Shown one piece after another: positions 27,025-28,444 of a stretch of 28,444 nucleotides of DNA; within the stretch, counting starts at the first letter, position 1; every line of letters starts with the position of its first letter. A program made the translations under genes and the position numbers. Where the stretch lies: assembly GCA_043737175.1 (NCBI GenBank), contig JAYTBF010000043.1, forward strand, positions 1 through 28,444, read 5' to 3'. A model generated the notes under the pieces. It worked only from the letters and a program-made list of their open reading frames with translations. It did no database searches and was not told the origin of the DNA. This DNA is from Burkholderiales bacterium. GTDB lineage: Bacteria > Pseudomonadota > Gammaproteobacteria > Burkholderiales > Usitatibacteraceae.

Positions 27025-27165
27025 ATGATTAAAAAATTGATCGACTCCATCAAAAGCACAGACGGCAAGGGGCACAAAAAAGTTGCCCTTGTCGGTGTTG
27101 CTTTTGTAGCCGCGTATATTGTTGCCACTGTTGCGGTGGTGTACGCGTTGTTTAAGTTTCTCTAG
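27025..27165 (+). CDS. Putative 46-aa single-pass membrane protein (not in ORF track)
   Basis: MIKKLIDSIKSTDGKGHKKVALVGVAFVAAYIVATVAVVYALFKFL; AAGG upstream; Lys-rich N-terminus, then an uninterrupted hydrophobic stretch. Confidence 0.6.
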   Translation: MIKKLIDSIKSTDGKGHKKVALVGVAFVAAYIVATVAVVYALFKFL

Positions 27166-27174
27166 GCTCTGGGC

Positions 27175-27193
27175 TCACCACTTCGGTGCGTGA
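27175..27193. terminator. Hairpin with C(UUCG)G tetraloop between the convergent small ORF and recN
   Basis: TCACCAC-TTCG-GTGCGTGA, one bulge; no U tract, so a termination role is uncertain. Confidence 0.35.
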
Positions 27194-27196
27194 CGG

Positions 27197-28444
27197 CTAC
27201 ACCTTGGCATGCACCAACGCCAACATTTCCTCGGCGGCTTTTTTGGTCGCAGCGGTTATGGTAATGCCGCCCAACATGCGGGCGATTTCATCGACCCGCG
27301 CTGCATGGTCGAGTGGTTTGATGGCGGTGGTAACGACACCATCCTGAGCGGTCTTGGCAACCTGCAACTGATGGACCGCACAGGCCGCGACTTGTGGCAG
27401 GTGTGTGACCGCCAACACTTGATGGGTTACGCCTGCGCCGTTTTTGCCATCGCCCATTTTTTTATCGCCGAGTGCGCGCAATAGTCGCCCAACCACCTCG
27501 GCGACCCGACCACCGATACCGGCATCAACTTCGTCAAAAATCATGGTGGTGACCCCACCCTTGGCGGACGCCATCATTTGAATGGCGAGTGACACACGTG
27601 ACAACTCACCGCCCGAGGCGATTTTAGCGAGCGGGCCGAGGGTCTGGCCTTCGAATGCCGCCACCTGAAATTCACAACTTTCCAAACCACTCGCCGAGGC
27701 GTCACGCACGGTGAATTCCACGGCAAATTTGCCACCGGGCATGGCAAGGGTTTGCAACGATTTGCTGACTTCGGCCGAGAATTTTTTGGCGGCCGCTTGA
27801 CGGGACTTGGTGAGTTTTTTGGCAACATCCAAAAATTCCGCTTCGGCGGCTCGTTCTTTGGCGATCAATTCGTCGAGTGATTGGCCGCCACCGAGTGCGG
27901 CGAGGCGGTCGCGCTTTTGCTGAAGAAATTCCGGAAACCGCGCCGGCTCGATACGAAATTTACGGGCGACTTCATGCACATCACTGATCGAGCGATCCAA
28001 CTCGGCGAGGCGCGCGGGATCAAGATCAAGCCGACGCAAATAATGACGCAGACCGGAAACGGCTTCACGCAATTCCACACTGGCGCTGTTAATCAGCGCC
28101 ACGGTTTCATTCAGCGCCGGGTCGGTTTCAGCGGCGTGATTGAGATCATTGGCGAGGGCTTCAATTTGGCCGATGGCGGCGTTGTCGGCCTCGGCCAAAC
28201 CATCAATGGCGGCTTCGGTCGAGCTGATCAGTGCGGCTGCGTTGGCGAGGCGGCGCTGATCGGCGAGGGTTTCTTCCCAATGACTCAAACTGAAATTGAG
28301 ACGTTCGACTTCGCCGATTTGCCAGCTGAGATCTTCGAATTCTCGGACGATGGCCGCTTCGTTGGCCTCACGGGCGGCACGAATATTGGCGAGTTGTGAC
28401 CAGCTGTGATGGGCCGCGGCGGTGTCGGTGAGCAACCCATCATT
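27197..28444 (-). CDS. recN: DNA repair protein RecN, 5' part outside the window
   Basis: LAKIASGGELSRVSLA, MIFDEVDAGIGG, VLAVTHLPQVAA, RVDEIARMLGG. The frame stays open to the window end, so the track start at 28435 is artificial. Confidence 0.96.
   Translation of the reverse strand, partial: NDGLLTDTAAAHHSWSQLANIRAAREANEAAIVREFEDLSWQIGEVERLNFSLSHWEETLADQRRLANAAALISSTEAAIDGLAEADNAAIGQIEALANDLNHAAETDPALNETVALINSASVELREAVSGLRHYLRRLDLDPARLAELDRSISDVHEVARKFRIEPARFPEFLQQKRDRLAALGGGQSLDELIAKERAAEAEFLDVAKKLTKSRQAAAKKFSAEVSKSLQTLAMPGGKFAVEFTVRDASASGLESCEFQVAAFEGQTLGPLAKIASGGELSRVSLAIQMMASAKGGVTTMIFDEVDAGIGGRVAEVVGRLLRALGDKKMGDGKNGAGVTHQVLAVTHLPQVAACAVHQLQVAKTAQDGVVTTAIKPLDHAARVDEIARMLGGITITAATKKAAEEMLALVHAKV

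Noticed and set aside
24568-27196. Accessory segment as a prophage or IS-derived island
   Set aside because: No integrase, transposase, terminal inverted repeats with target duplication, or tRNA anchor is visible.
2175-28399. Many 60-250 aa antisense or alternate-frame ORFs over housekeeping genes
   Set aside because: Expected shadow ORFs in GC-rich coding DNA; none shows motifs or independent start signals.

Overview
Mostly conserved betaproteobacterial-type housekeeping DNA (taxon inferred from gene order and protein style). Left: a minus-strand ndk-rlmN-pilW-rodZ-ispG run (ispG cut by the window edge) and accA-tilS. Middle: a plus-strand block (PduO-type adenosyltransferase, ECF sigma, RskA-type anti-sigma, XRE regulator, DUF3455 lipoprotein), then minus-strand yhdP-nitrilase-tldD-YcxB-like, msrB, and aroG-second DAHP synthase-btuF. 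Right: glnE, a repeat-rich spacer, a secreted cyclophilin-FG-GAP fusion, an unannotated 46-aa membrane ORF and the 3' part of recN. No rRNA, tRNA, CRISPR or transposase is visible. The most interesting element is the aromatic-pathway operon. A 22-codon leader peptide absent from the ORF track (MNIRANSYFYFWSFSMPPAEKG) carries Tyr, Phe and Trp codons, looks leaderless, and sits on a full protector/antiterminator/terminator attenuator ahead of aroG. Directly behind aroG is a class I-beta DAHP-synthase-like gene with no regulatory domain and Asn in place of the metal-binding Cys. All homology calls come from motif recognition by eye; no searches or folding programs were run.
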